In this document: positions 40,654 to 51,251 of the stretch, in pieces
Layout: each line of letters starts with the position of its first letter
Numbering within the stretch: the first letter of the stretch is position 1
Source of the DNA: Bacteroidia bacterium
Lineage (GTDB): Bacteria; Bacteroidota; Bacteroidia; M30B66
Assembly (NCBI GenBank): GCA_965279035.1
Contig: OZ257142.1
Location: 352,001-416,000 of the forward strand
Length of the DNA stretch: 64,000 nucleotides
Direction: 5' to 3'
Program-made: the position numbers and the translations under genes
Notes under the pieces: generated by a model
Seen by the model: the letters and a program-made list of their open reading frames with translations, nothing else
The model's database searches: none
What the model was told of the DNA's origin: nothing

Positions 40654-43533
40654 TTATGGCTTTACAATTTTACCGCTATACGAACTGCCATTAATGCGAA
40701 CAGTGAAAATATAGAGGCCTGAAGAAATTTGAGACGTGTTGATATTTATCTGACTTCCGGATATTATTTGAGCCGAAGACTTCTCATAAACTACTCGACC
40801 GGTTAAATCACAAATTCGGACTTTTGCATTGGATGCATTTTCATTCAGAGAAAAAACAAGTTCATTATTAAATGGGTTTGGATAAACCAGAACAGGGTTG
40901 TTTTTTTGAATAGTCGACATTGAATTGGGTTCTTCTCCATATGTATTTGCAGGGGGAACAATCCGACGATCTAAATACACGTGGAACTCTCCGGGGGCAT
41001 ATGAAAAAGCATTACCCGGGTTGCTTACATCCAAACTGTCACCACTTAAGTAGTCGTACCATTTTCCTCCAAAAGGAAACGCAGGATTCATTTCTTGTCC
41101 AACAACATCGAAATTACCTGCAATTACACAGTTAAAATTGGCATTCGTGAACCGAACTACTTTTTCGTATTGACCAAGGTCCATAAACAAGCCTAAGTCG
41201 CGCATTTCTGGTTGCGTTCTTTTTAAGTAAATAAGTTTTCTATATGTGTCAAAAAGGTCTCTTCTATCAGTGTTATCATAATAATCCCAGTGAAGAGGTT
41301 TTGTGTTTGTTCTACAATCGCTACTAAAGGTTCCATCAAGACAATCGGTGATAGAATAGTCGTATCCAAGCTCACCAAATTGCCAAATCATCTTAGGACC
41401 TGGAAGTGTGATAAAAAACGCAGCAGCTTCGGCCATTCTATCTAATGCTGTTGGAAGATTGCTCGTGTTATAGGTTCCGTTTGAGTTTCCATAGTGAAGA
41501 TTTTTAAACATGAGGCGTTCTTCATCATGACTTTCCATATAGGAAAGCAGTCCATAATTTCCCCAACCTTTAGCTTGTGGTGTTGTATTATAGAGATTCT
41601 GATTTTGACCATTTAGCCATCCCATCGTTGCTTCATTGTATGGATCGGATGCTTTACCCCAAAGCATAATACCATTATCAGCATAAACGGTTTCTTCGCT
41701 TACAACACCTAAGTGTTCTAAAATGATGAATGCATTTGGGTCGGTTTGACGAATGGAAGAGGCATAATCTAATATTATGTTAATACGGCTTTGGTCATAC
41801 GCGCTCCAAAGACTTATATTACTTCCTGAATTGGTTTGAGTAAGACCTTTACTTAAGTCAAAACGAAACCCATCAATTTTGAATTCTTGAAGCCAGTGCT
41901 TTAGTGTTTTTTTGACAAAATATTTTGTTGCTTGGCTTTCGTGGTTAAAGTCAAATCCGATAGAATAGGGGTGAGTTGCCACTTGATTGAACCAAGGATT
42001 TTGAGCACTTGGTTGTCCAAATTCTCCTGCTGATGGGTCAAAATACATATTTACCATCGGGCATTGACCAAACGCATGATTGAAAACAACATCAGCAATA
42101 ATCGCGATTCCTCTGCTATGACAAGAATCTACGAGCCGTTTGAATTCATTTTTGGTACCGTAATATTTATCAACAGCCGAGAAAAAATTAGGAGCATACC
42201 CCCAACTTTCGTTTCCGTCAAATTCAGCAATGGGCATTAATTCTATGGCATTTACTCCGAGTGTGCCTAGGTATGGAAGTTTGTCAATAATATCAGTAAA
42301 GGAACGTGTTTGAGAAAAGTCGCGGATAAGAAGCTCATAAACAACAAGATCTTCTTTTGGAGCTCTGTTATACGTATAGGAATTGTCCCATGAATAGGCT
42401 GGTGGATTTGTTTGAAGAACACCAACAATTCCTTCTGCTAGACCCGTTGGATAAGCTATTAAATTTGGATAAACGCTTGGTGAAATCCAAGGGTCATTCC
42501 AGGGATCAAGAATTTTTTCGCAATAAGGATCTGTAACACGTAAGCCTTCCCAATCTATGGAATATTGGAAACGATATTCACGATTTGGATCAAGGTTGCT
42601 GATTTCGAGCCAGAAGTATTGACCATCGGGCGTTTTGTTCATTTTGTATTCTGGAAGAAATGCCCAATTGTTGAAATCACCTAAAACGTAAATAAAATCT
42701 TTGTACGGGGCTCGAAGCTGAAGATAGACAGACGTTTGGCTCGTGTAGGTGATTCCTTCTTCAGCCCCATTGGGTAGTGCAACAATATTTGGAGAGCTGT
42801 GACGAGTAATTAGAATAGTATCTCTAAGTGTTGTTGTTCCATTGTTTGCTGAGAAAATCAGGGTGTGTAATCCTGCTGTTAAATCGGTTGTTAAAAGAGA
42901 ATAATCAAGCGATGTTACAGAGGAGGCGGATCCTTCAACTACACCATCTAATGAAAATCCAAGAGCGGCATTAGCAGAAGCCTGACCAGTGAAAACGATC
43001 GTTTCTCCGGTATTAACAAGAAGGCTGTTTTGAGGATGAGAAGTAATATTTGCAGAGAATGATGCTGTAGCTAAATCGATAAAAATATCGCCATTGGTGG
43101 CTGTCTTACCTTCAAGAGTTCCATCAGCATTTCTGAAAACGATGCAGATTTGTTGGATAACAGCACCAGAAGGAATAGTCGTTGAAGCATTGTTGTTGGT
43201 TGAATACCATTCTCTAATACTCGGTCCTAGAGTAAGTGTATATTGATTCGAAGTACCAATTCGTGTCATTGCAACACGTGAATCAGGTTGCCCCCAATTA
43301 CCAACAACGTATTGCCAAGGAGAACCTGCTATTTTAACTCCTGTATGAGCATACACCACAGAATCTGCAGGAAGATTTGCTAAACCAGCATTACCTTGAT
43401 CGGCATTAAAGGTTAGAGTAACGGCATCATCACCCGTTGGAAATGCCGGGCTTAAAGAAACGATTGCTTGAGAGAACGCACTATTTATTGTTATTGATAA
43501 ACAGGTGATAAGAAAAAGTTTTATCGCTTTCAT
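40654..43533 (-). CDS. GH13 alpha-amylase/pullulanase-like enzyme with CBM48-like module and T9SS C-terminal sorting domain
   Basis: GH13 regions DVVFNH, DGFRFDLSKG, ILEHLG, YMESHDEE; CTD VYPNPF...SGLYIF...KIVKP. Confidence 0.92.
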   Translation of the reverse strand: MKAIKLFLITCLSITINSAFSQAIVSLSPAFPTGDDAVTLTFNADQGNAGLANLPADSVVYAHTGVKIAGSPWQYVVGNWGQPDSRVAMTRIGTSNQYTLTLGPSIREWYSTNNNASTTIPSGAVIQQICIVFRNADGTLEGKTATNGDIFIDLATASFSANITSHPQNSLLVNTGETIVFTGQASANAALGFSLDGVVEGSASSVTSLDYSLLTTDLTAGLHTLIFSANNGTTTLRDTILITRHSSPNIVALPNGAEEGITYTSQTSVYLQLRAPYKDFIYVLGDFNNWAFLPEYKMNKTPDGQYFWLEISNLDPNREYRFQYSIDWEGLRVTDPYCEKILDPWNDPWISPSVYPNLIAYPTGLAEGIVGVLQTNPPAYSWDNSYTYNRAPKEDLVVYELLIRDFSQTRSFTDIIDKLPYLGTLGVNAIELMPIAEFDGNESWGYAPNFFSAVDKYYGTKNEFKRLVDSCHSRGIAIIADVVFNHAFGQCPMVNMYFDPSAGEFGQPSAQNPWFNQVATHPYSIGFDFNHESQATKYFVKKTLKHWLQEFKIDGFRFDLSKGLTQTNSGSNISLWSAYDQSRINIILDYASSIRQTDPNAFIILEHLGVVSEETVYADNGIMLWGKASDPYNEATMGWLNGQNQNLYNTTPQAKGWGNYGLLSYMESHDEERLMFKNLHYGNSNGTYNTSNLPTALDRMAEAAAFFITLPGPKMIWQFGELGYDYSITDCLDGTFSSDCRTNTKPLHWDYYDNTDRRDLFDTYRKLIYLKRTQPEMRDLGLFMDLGQYEKVVRFTNANFNCVIAGNFDVVGQEMNPAFPFGGKWYDYLSGDSLDVSNPGNAFSYAPGEFHVYLDRRIVPPANTYGEEPNSMSTIQKNNPVLVYPNPFNNELVFSLNENASNAKVRICDLTGRVVYEKSSAQIISGSQININTSQISSGLYIFTVRINGSSYSGKIVKP

Positions 43534-43860
43534 AAAGTTCACAAATCACTCGAGTTTAGACATCGAAGATAATTAGTTAAGTGTAAAAATAACACTATTC
43601 AAAATTGAGTATATGACATAATCTTAACTAATTAACTGATAAACAATAAGATAAAATTAACAATTTCCTGTAACAATTGTTAAAAAAAACATGTCGCGAT
43701 TTGATCATTTTAACATGAATCGCGAGCAAAAACTTTTTTTGTAAAATTTAAGCACCTCAAAAACAGGCAGATAACAATTCTGTGCGTTTTTCTGACACTA
43801 AAGGCTTGAAAAGCCTTGATTGTAATTGTTAATTTCGACAGTTGAAACAAATCCAATAAA

Positions 43861-45585
43861 ATGAAAAAACAACTACTTACAGCATTTTGTGCCATAGCTG
43901 GGATATTCGGCTTATCAGCTCAAAATACAGTCACTATTACGGTTAATATGAACGGAGTGACTGTAGATCCTACGGGAGTTCATATTGCAGGAGATTTTCA
44001 ATCTGAAATTGGTGCTTCCGGTGACTGGGTTCCTGGAGAAACTGCAATGGATGATTCTGATGGAGATGGTATTTATATATATACTGCATCAAATCTTCCT
44101 AATGGAAAGTATGAATACAAATTTATTAATGGAAATGATTGGCCAATGGCTGAAAATATTCCTGCTGAATGTCAAGTTGGAGGAGGAAATACCAATCGCT
44201 TTTTCGTAGTAGATGGGGTTGATTTCACTTTGCTTCCAGTTTCTTACGGAGGAAATTCTGTAACAGATGGAGTTAACACCTTGAATTTGATTCGTTTTAC
44301 AGTTGATTTAACAGGAACAACAATTTCTGCAAATGGTGTGTCTTGTGCGGGTGATTGGCAAGCTGCTGCTGGTGGTGCTGCTGATTGGACTCCAGGACAA
44401 AACAAATTGTATGATGTAACACCGGGTGATGGAATTGATAATTTCACTGGTATTTTCTATATCCCATCTGCAATTACAACATGTCAATACAAATTCATTA
44501 ATGGAAATGATTGGGGTGGAGGAGAATCAGTTCCTACTGCTTGCCAAGTTGGTGGTGGAAATGACAATCGTTCGGTATCTGTTACTGGTCCAACGATGGT
44601 TAAGTATTGCTTTAGTACTTGTAATGATGTTTGTGTAGCAGTTCCAACTTATAGCATTACATTGAATGTTGATATGAATTTCAATTGTAATTTCAATGTG
44701 AATTCGAATGACTCGGTTGATATTGCAGGTCCGATTAACGGATGGGCTGGAGGAACTTACCTTACTGATGTTGATAATGATGGAGTTTATAGTGTAACAT
44801 TAGATGCTCCAGCTGGAGAATTTACATACAAAGCACGTATCATTAAAAACTTATCTCCATCATGGGAAGATGGGGCAAATAAGGTTGTTCAACTAGATGC
44901 AAATACAAATGTTCCAACTCGTTGTTTTAGTTCTGATGTAGCCGGTTCATGTGCTGCAATTCCAGCTCCTGCAACCATTACTTTCCGTGTTGATTTGACG
45001 AACGAAACTCCTTCTTCTACGATTTATTTGAAAGGTTCATTTACAAATCCAGCTTGGGATAATGGAAAGATTTTACTTACATCAACTCCAGGAAATCCAG
45101 GTGTTTATGAAACCACTGTTGCTGATGTATGTCCAGGAACAATCCGTTACAAATTTGTAAATGGACCTGATGCTGTAGCTAATGAGGAGCAGTATCCAAA
45201 CATTGCAGGAGATACAGCATGTTTATCTCGTAACCCGTTCAATAACTGGGAACGTATTTATGTACGTACTGATGCAAATGCACAAACATTACAGTATGTA
45301 TATGATCATTGTACTATGTTAACAATTGGATTTAACGAAGTGAAACCGTTAGTTGTGACGATGTTCCCTAATCCAGCAGATAACTCAACAATGATTCGTT
45401 TTAACAACAATACAGAGAGTCATTTAATTGTTGTTTCCGACATTTTAGGAAATCAAGTTTCTCGTATTGGAAATGTTCGCGGAAGCTATTTAGTTGAACG
45501 CGGTACACTTTCTTCAGGAATTTATTTTGTTCAGGTAACTGATTCTAAAGGACAATCAAGCACACAAAAATTGATCTTTCGTTAA
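43861..45585 (+). CDS. T9SS-secreted protein with four tandem starch-binding-like (CBM20/CBM48-type) modules
   Basis: Four repeats of TF.VD...V..AG.F..W......D...DG.Y.......G...YKF.NG; CTD MFPNPA...SGIYFV...KLIFR. No catalytic domain seen. Confidence 0.75.
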   Translation: MKKQLLTAFCAIAGIFGLSAQNTVTITVNMNGVTVDPTGVHIAGDFQSEIGASGDWVPGETAMDDSDGDGIYIYTASNLPNGKYEYKFINGNDWPMAENIPAECQVGGGNTNRFFVVDGVDFTLLPVSYGGNSVTDGVNTLNLIRFTVDLTGTTISANGVSCAGDWQAAAGGAADWTPGQNKLYDVTPGDGIDNFTGIFYIPSAITTCQYKFINGNDWGGGESVPTACQVGGGNDNRSVSVTGPTMVKYCFSTCNDVCVAVPTYSITLNVDMNFNCNFNVNSNDSVDIAGPINGWAGGTYLTDVDNDGVYSVTLDAPAGEFTYKARIIKNLSPSWEDGANKVVQLDANTNVPTRCFSSDVAGSCAAIPAPATITFRVDLTNETPSSTIYLKGSFTNPAWDNGKILLTSTPGNPGVYETTVADVCPGTIRYKFVNGPDAVANEEQYPNIAGDTACLSRNPFNNWERIYVRTDANAQTLQYVYDHCTMLTIGFNEVKPLVVTMFPNPADNSTMIRFNNNTESHLIVVSDILGNQVSRIGNVRGSYLVERGTLSSGIYFVQVTDSKGQSSTQKLIFR

Positions 45586-45603
45586 TCGAAATATTTGAAA
45601 TTG

Positions 45604-45636
45604 AAAGCCCGAACATTTAATTGTTCGGGCTTTTTT
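45604..45636 (+). terminator. Intrinsic terminator
   Basis: AAAGCCCGAACA / TGTTCGGGCTTT followed by a T-tract. Confidence 0.85.
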
Positions 45637-45717
45637 GTTTTCAATAAGACCAGCCTTCAATAAAGAGAAATGCTTGGATTTTAAGATTAAAACAATTCTA
45701 AAATTTAGATCGTTTGA

Positions 45718-46989
45718 TTAAGTAAAAAAGAGGGCATATTGAGCTAGATAAACTAGCGCTCCGACGATGTATCCTAGAAAGGCGATGAAGCCCATTTTCT
45801 TTAGGTACCAGATAAAATTGATTTTCTCCATGCCCATTGCCGCAACACCTGCTGCAGAGCCAATGATAAGAATGCTACCACCTGTTCCTGCACAAAAGGC
45901 AATGAATTCCCAAATTTTATGATCGGTGGGAAAGGTGCTTAAATCGTACATTCCCATTGATGCAGCAACTAAAGGAACATTGTCCACAATAGCAGAAAGC
46001 AAACCGATACTTAATATGATAACGTCTTTATTTCCAATGGTAGAATCCATCCATTCCGAAAGGGATTTAAGCACGTTTAATGAATCCAAACCGCTTACTG
46101 CAAGGAGAATTCCCAAAAAGAATAAAAGGCTTGGCATATCAATTTTCATGAGTGCATTCGCCGCAGAATATCTGTTTTTATCTTCCGATTTCTTTTTCCG
46201 ATGAATAATATCAGCAGCAACCCAAACAAGACCAAGGGCTAGCATCATTCCAACATAAGGAGGCAAATGCGTTAGTTGCTTAAAAACAGGAACGAAGACA
46301 AGTCCGCCAATGCCAAGCAAAAAAATCAATTTGTTCTCTAAAGTCAAGGGAATGTTTTTCTGAAAATGAACATCCCCTTGTAACGACTTCTTTTCGAAAA
46401 GAGTAACAAAAACGAGAGGAACAATCACGCAAACTAAGCTTGGTAGAAAAAGCACCTTCATTATATTGAACGTGCTAATTTGTCCACCAATCCAAAGCAT
46501 GGTTGTAGTAACATCTCCAATGGGAGACCATGCTCCGCCAGCATTAGCGGCAATAACTGTCATTCCTGCAAAAAACAGGCGTTGATCTTCTTCTTTAACA
46601 AGCTTTCTTGCTAAAGAGATCATAACAATTGTGGTAGTTAAATTATCAAGAATGGCAGAGAGAAAAAATGTTATGAAAGCCATAATCCAAAGCAGTCGAA
46701 TTTTGCTTCGCGTATGAATCTTGTTGGTAATGATGTTAAATCCGTCGTGTGCATCAACCACTTCAACGATAGTCATTGCACCCATTAAGAAAAAAAGAAT
46801 TTCTGCTATTCCAGATAGATGGTGAGCCAGTTCTCCAGCAACATCGATGCTTGGCACACCAAGTCTATAGACTGTCCAAATAAGGATGCCCATAATAAGT
46901 GCTGAACCCGTCTTATTAATTTTGAGAGGGTGTTCAAAGGCGATAGCTGTATATCCGAATACAAATAGTAATATGATTAGTGTAATCAT
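45718..46989 (-). CDS. nhaD: Na+/H+ antiporter, NhaD family
   Basis: FLMGAMTIVE, SAILDNLTTT, AANAGGAWSPIGDVTTTMLW, SAIVDNVPL, GGSILIIGSAAGV. Confidence 0.92.
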   Translation of the reverse strand: MITLIILLFVFGYTAIAFEHPLKINKTGSALIMGILIWTVYRLGVPSIDVAGELAHHLSGIAEILFFLMGAMTIVEVVDAHDGFNIITNKIHTRSKIRLLWIMAFITFFLSAILDNLTTTIVMISLARKLVKEEDQRLFFAGMTVIAANAGGAWSPIGDVTTTMLWIGGQISTFNIMKVLFLPSLVCVIVPLVFVTLFEKKSLQGDVHFQKNIPLTLENKLIFLLGIGGLVFVPVFKQLTHLPPYVGMMLALGLVWVAADIIHRKKKSEDKNRYSAANALMKIDMPSLLFFLGILLAVSGLDSLNVLKSLSEWMDSTIGNKDVIILSIGLLSAIVDNVPLVAASMGMYDLSTFPTDHKIWEFIAFCAGTGGSILIIGSAAGVAAMGMEKINFIWYLKKMGFIAFLGYIVGALVYLAQYALFFT

Positions 46990-47019
46990 AAAATAGTGAA
47001 TACCTTAAACTGTTATGGC

Positions 47020-47577
47020 TTATTGGATTGTGTTGACGAAGATAGCCGAAACACGGTATTTAGATTCTGAAAGGCCAGCTACTTTTTGAATTCCAGAAAC
47101 AACATATCCACTATCTGGTATATAACGCCAAGAAACTTCTGTATTCATTAGGTTTGAATGTTCCTTTTTAGAAGCTTCAATGGATAAAATAACGCCCGAT
47201 TTTTTTGTAAACGCAAATCGCTGAATAGGTAAATTAAGGTCAGTAGCGGTATAATCAAAATGAGTTGATTCCAATGTGGAACATGAGTCTATTTTATATT
47301 TACCTGAATAGGATGACTTGTTTAATGTTATGGAAGAGAAAATAGAAAGCTCTTTTTCCCAATCTACATTTGATATGCGATGCTGCTCTTGCTTATCATC
47401 TGTTTCAACAGTTTTAAGCAAGTTGATTTTAGATGAATTTAGTCGATCAATTTCTTTTTTAAAGAATGCTGGATTATCGAAATATTCGAATGCAACACCA
47501 TTTGATGGAGTTGAATCTTTACAAGCATTCAGCCCCACAATTATGAGAAACAATAAGGGAAAGCAGCTTTTTATCAA
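47020..47577 (-). CDS. Hypothetical lipoprotein
   Basis: Lipobox LNAC, DWEKELSIF; start codon uncertain. Confidence 0.6.
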   Translation of the reverse strand: MIKSCFPLLFLIIVGLNACKDSTPSNGVAFEYFDNPAFFKKEIDRLNSSKINLLKTVETDDKQEQHRISNVDWEKELSIFSSITLNKSSYSGKYKIDSCSTLESTHFDYTATDLNLPIQRFAFTKKSGVILSIEASKKEHSNLMNTEVSWRYIPDSGYVVSGIQKVAGLSESKYRVSAIFVNTIQ

Positions 47578-47584
47578 TGCGGAA

Positions 47585-49138
47585 TTAAAAATTAAATTGA
47601 ATTCCTTGGGCTAGCGGCAATGCTGTTCCGTAATTGATTGTATTCGTTTGACGACGCATATAGGCTTTCCAGGCATCAGATCCAGATTCTCGACCGCCAC
47701 CTGTTTCTTTTTCTCCTCCGAAGGCACCGCCAATTTCAGCACCAGAAGTTCCAATATTGACATTTGCAATACCGCAATCAGAGCCTGCAGCAGAAAGGAA
47801 AGCTTCCATTTCGCGCATGTTGTTGGTAAAGATTGAAGATGACAAACCCTGAGGAACCCCATTTTGAAGCTCAATAGCTTGATCAATTGAACTGTATTTG
47901 ATTAAATATAAAATTGGAGCAAAGGTTTCTTCTTGAACAATATTGAAATGATTTTCGGCTTCGATGATACATGGTTTGACATAGCAGCCACTTTCGTATC
48001 CTTCGCCAGTTAAAACACCTCCATCAACTAATATTTTACCGCCTTCGGCTTTTGCTTTGGCAATGGCATTGGAATAATCTTCAACAGCTTTGGTATCGAT
48101 GAGTGGCCCAACGTGATTGTTTTGATCGAGCGGATTACCGATGCTTAATTGGTTGTAAGCTCCTTTCAATACATCACATACTTTATCGTAGATGCTTTCA
48201 TGAATAATAAGGCGGCGAGTTGATGTACAACGTTGTCCGGCAGTACCAACTGCACCAAATACAGCACCTACAAGAACCATTTTTAAGTCGGCATTTTCTG
48301 TAACGATGATGGCGTTATTTCCACCTAATTCGAGAATTGAACGACCAAAGCGAGCCGCAACAGTTTGCGAAACGTGACGACCAATGCGTGTAGAACCAGT
48401 AAAAGAAACGAGAGGAACGCGTTTGTCGTTATTAAGTAAATCGCCAGCAGCATTTCCAATTACGAGGTTGGATACACCTTCGGGTACGTTGTTTTTACGC
48501 AACACTTCGGTAATGATATTTTGGCAGGCAATAGAACAAAGAGGAACTTTTGAAGATGGTTTCCAAATACACACATCGCCGCAAACCCAAGCCAACATTG
48601 AATTCCAAGACCAAACAGCAACAGGGAAATTGAAGGCTGAAATAATACCAACGATTCCGATGGGATGCCATTGCTCATACATACGATGAGATGGACGTTC
48701 GCTATGCATGGTTAAGCCATATAGTTGACGTGAAAGACCAACTGCAAAGTCGCAGATGTCAATCATTTCTTGAACTTCTCCTAATCCTTCTTGAAGGCTT
48801 TTTCCCATTTCGTAAGAAACGAGTTGACCAAGAGCTTCTTTCTTTTCACGAAGTGCATCGCCCATTTGACGAACAATTTCACCACGTTTTGGTGCTGGCA
48901 TAAGTCGCCAAACTTTGAAAGCTTCTTCTGCTTTTTTAACCACCATTTCGTAATCAAATTCTCCGGCACACTTCACTTTAGCAATCAAATTTCCATCAAC
49001 AGGAGAGTATGATTCTATCCATTTCCCTGAACCTTCGAACCATTGAACACCTGTTGAAACGCCTGTGTTTTCGGGTTCGATACCCAGTTGTTTTAATACA
49101 GGAGAAATATTGATTTGAGATGCAGTTGCAGTAGACAT
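47585..49138 (-). CDS. Aldehyde dehydrogenase family 7 (alpha-aminoadipate semialdehyde / piperideine-6-carboxylate dehydrogenase-like)
   Basis: [77 protein letters not shown]. Confidence 0.9.
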   Translation of the reverse strand: MSTATASQINISPVLKQLGIEPENTGVSTGVQWFEGSGKWIESYSPVDGNLIAKVKCAGEFDYEMVVKKAEEAFKVWRLMPAPKRGEIVRQMGDALREKKEALGQLVSYEMGKSLQEGLGEVQEMIDICDFAVGLSRQLYGLTMHSERPSHRMYEQWHPIGIVGIISAFNFPVAVWSWNSMLAWVCGDVCIWKPSSKVPLCSIACQNIITEVLRKNNVPEGVSNLVIGNAAGDLLNNDKRVPLVSFTGSTRIGRHVSQTVAARFGRSILELGGNNAIIVTENADLKMVLVGAVFGAVGTAGQRCTSTRRLIIHESIYDKVCDVLKGAYNQLSIGNPLDQNNHVGPLIDTKAVEDYSNAIAKAKAEGGKILVDGGVLTGEGYESGCYVKPCIIEAENHFNIVQEETFAPILYLIKYSSIDQAIELQNGVPQGLSSSIFTNNMREMEAFLSAAGSDCGIANVNIGTSGAEIGGAFGGEKETGGGRESGSDAWKAYMRRQTNTINYGTALPLAQGIQFNF

Positions 49139-49159
49139 ACTTGGGTGAATTTGGTGGCG

Positions 49160-49167
49160 CAAAAGTA
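49160..49167 (-). promoter_or_regulatory. -7 promoter element for the ALDH7 gene
   Basis: TACTTTTG on the minus strand, 21 bp before ATG 49138. Confidence 0.6.
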
Positions 49168-49268
49168 TGAATTATTCAGGCTCAACGGATATGTACTTCT
49201 GATAATTCAATTACTCTTGAGACTAGATTGATTTAAGTATCGAAATGAATTACTGAATGGAAAGGAAT

Positions 49269-49301
49269 AAAAAACCCGACAAAGATCCTTTCCTTGTCGG
49301 G
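49269..49301 (-). terminator. Intrinsic terminator after the lipoprotein gene
   Basis: CCCGACAA / TTGTCGGG stem with T6 on the minus strand. Confidence 0.7.
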
Positions 49302-49322
49302 CTTGAACAATTCAATTGGAAA

Positions 49323-51122
49323 CTAGTTTTCGTCAGGGTGACGTATATATTCAAAATGGCCATTAGTAACTGTCGCATAATAGAAGTTAACTACACCGCT
49401 TGTTTGATTATAATCTACACGTTTAAAAACACCATTGAAATTCCCTTTCACTCGACCCCCAACTGGGCCATATTCAGTTATATTAAGCGTTAAAACAGAG
49501 TCGGCAACCCAGGAATTTCCATTGTTAGTGATTGTCGCTAAAATGTCAGAATTGTTGTTGTTAATGACAAAACTATTGGTTGCGTTGCCTGGAAAGAGAA
49601 TGCTAAGGCCATAGGTGTCCATTGCAATACCAACAGTAGTGGAGTCGGTCGTGTTGTAAACGGTGTAACAAATAACGGGAATCGCATTAATAGTAATAGT
49701 TTGATTATTAAAACCATCACCATTAATTGTAAAGCTTGATTGAATGGTGTTTCCGCTAGAGCTTGTATTACACATTTCGAAAGTACCGGCATTAACTTCT
49801 TGGTTTGCAGATGTTGGCAGAGTTAATGAAACCGAATAAGAGTCGCCATTTGTTAAGCTTGTAACGATGATGTTAGCCGATTGTCCGTTAGTAGGAACTG
49901 CAATTTTGAATGTTCCAGGAGTTTGAGTAGAACCGAATACACTTTGATTAGAGCCCCAGTTAACCGAAACAGAAGCATTGAAAGATGAACCAGAACTGCA
50001 AGCTAGGCTCATGGTTACATACCCTGGGCATGCAACGCTGATAGTCGGAGCATCGAAAACAGATCCTGCCGTTAAGCTTGAAATGGAAATGGGAGTAGAC
50101 ATGATTCCTAGTTCAGGTGATTCAACAGCAATATCGAAGTCGACACCAGAAGGGGCAAATGTTTCGTATTGTCCTGAAGCGTCAGTAAATGCGGAAGTTT
50201 GACCAACTCGAACTCGGATGCCAGAAAGTATATTTCCGTTGCAATCGCGAATGATACCACGAACAGTAGCACGCGAACCGGCATAATCACAATTCCAAGT
50301 AGAAAAATGAGATACAGTACCTACGTATGTATCACCTTGAAGCGTAGCTGTGCCTTGTTCTTCCCATTTCCCAGTAGTTTCATTGAAATGCCAAAGTGGA
50401 ATTGAAGAAGGAGCTGAACTTAATTGTGTTGAAGCAACTTTCATTTTAATTGTTGCAGTATTTCCAGAGGCAATTTGTAATTCATTGCCACTATTGTCGG
50501 TCATTTGAACAAGTAACATCCCATAAGAAAGAAGTTGTTGTTCTTGTGAAGCGGCATCAATACCAATTAAATCTCCGCCGGGAACTTTGTTTTCAAAATC
50601 AGGATCTGAAGGATCGAGGTGTACAATAGCTACTTGAAAGGAGCCTGAATAAGCAGAACCATCGGACGATTGAATGCTATTAGGCGATAAGTCTACACCC
50701 GAGCCATTGCTTAATTCAAGTGTGTTGGAGGTTGATGCGTTAGCAGTAAAATTGGGTGTGTTTTCGAGAAGTGTTAATTCAATTTTAGTGATACCATTAT
50801 TTTCGGCAATGGCTCCTTTTGAGCCTTTGAAATATCCTGATTTTGTAGCAGATACAAAAACGCGGGATGTTCCACTTACACCAGAAAGAATGAATGTACC
50901 TTCGGAATTACTATAGGAAGAAATTGATCCAGCTGAAATCAAAACCCCTGAAATTGGACTTCCGGATTCATCAATTACGCGACCAACAACAAGCGTTGTA
51001 TTGCTTGGTGATGTTGGAATGACGGGTGTTGGATCAGGAGTTTGATCGTCTTTTTTGCAAGAAGAAAAAGAGACAAACAATAGAATTGAAAAATTGACAA
51101 TCCAAGAATAAGGAGCTTTCAT
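49323..51122 (-). CDS. Surface lipoprotein with carboxypeptidase-regulatory-like beta-sandwich domains
   Basis: Lipobox FSSC-KKDD, VGRVIDESGSPISGV, PLWHFNETTGKWEEQG, VSHFSTWNCD; Ser/Thr-rich. Confidence 0.75.
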   Translation of the reverse strand: MKAPYSWIVNFSILLFVSFSSCKKDDQTPDPTPVIPTSPSNTTLVVGRVIDESGSPISGVLISAGSISSYSNSEGTFILSGVSGTSRVFVSATKSGYFKGSKGAIAENNGITKIELTLLENTPNFTANASTSNTLELSNGSGVDLSPNSIQSSDGSAYSGSFQVAIVHLDPSDPDFENKVPGGDLIGIDAASQEQQLLSYGMLLVQMTDNSGNELQIASGNTATIKMKVASTQLSSAPSSIPLWHFNETTGKWEEQGTATLQGDTYVGTVSHFSTWNCDYAGSRATVRGIIRDCNGNILSGIRVRVGQTSAFTDASGQYETFAPSGVDFDIAVESPELGIMSTPISISSLTAGSVFDAPTISVACPGYVTMSLACSSGSSFNASVSVNWGSNQSVFGSTQTPGTFKIAVPTNGQSANIIVTSLTNGDSYSVSLTLPTSANQEVNAGTFEMCNTSSSGNTIQSSFTINGDGFNNQTITINAIPVICYTVYNTTDSTTVGIAMDTYGLSILFPGNATNSFVINNNNSDILATITNNGNSWVADSVLTLNITEYGPVGGRVKGNFNGVFKRVDYNQTSGVVNFYYATVTNGHFEYIRHPDEN

Positions 51123-51251
51123 CAGGTCTGGTTGGTTAAGAAATGAACGATCAAAGTTCACTTTTTTTACCAATTAATGAATTGATAAATGAAATGAACT
51201 AATGAATAATCATTAAAACTAAAAACCAATCTGAATCAATGTAATATGGAG

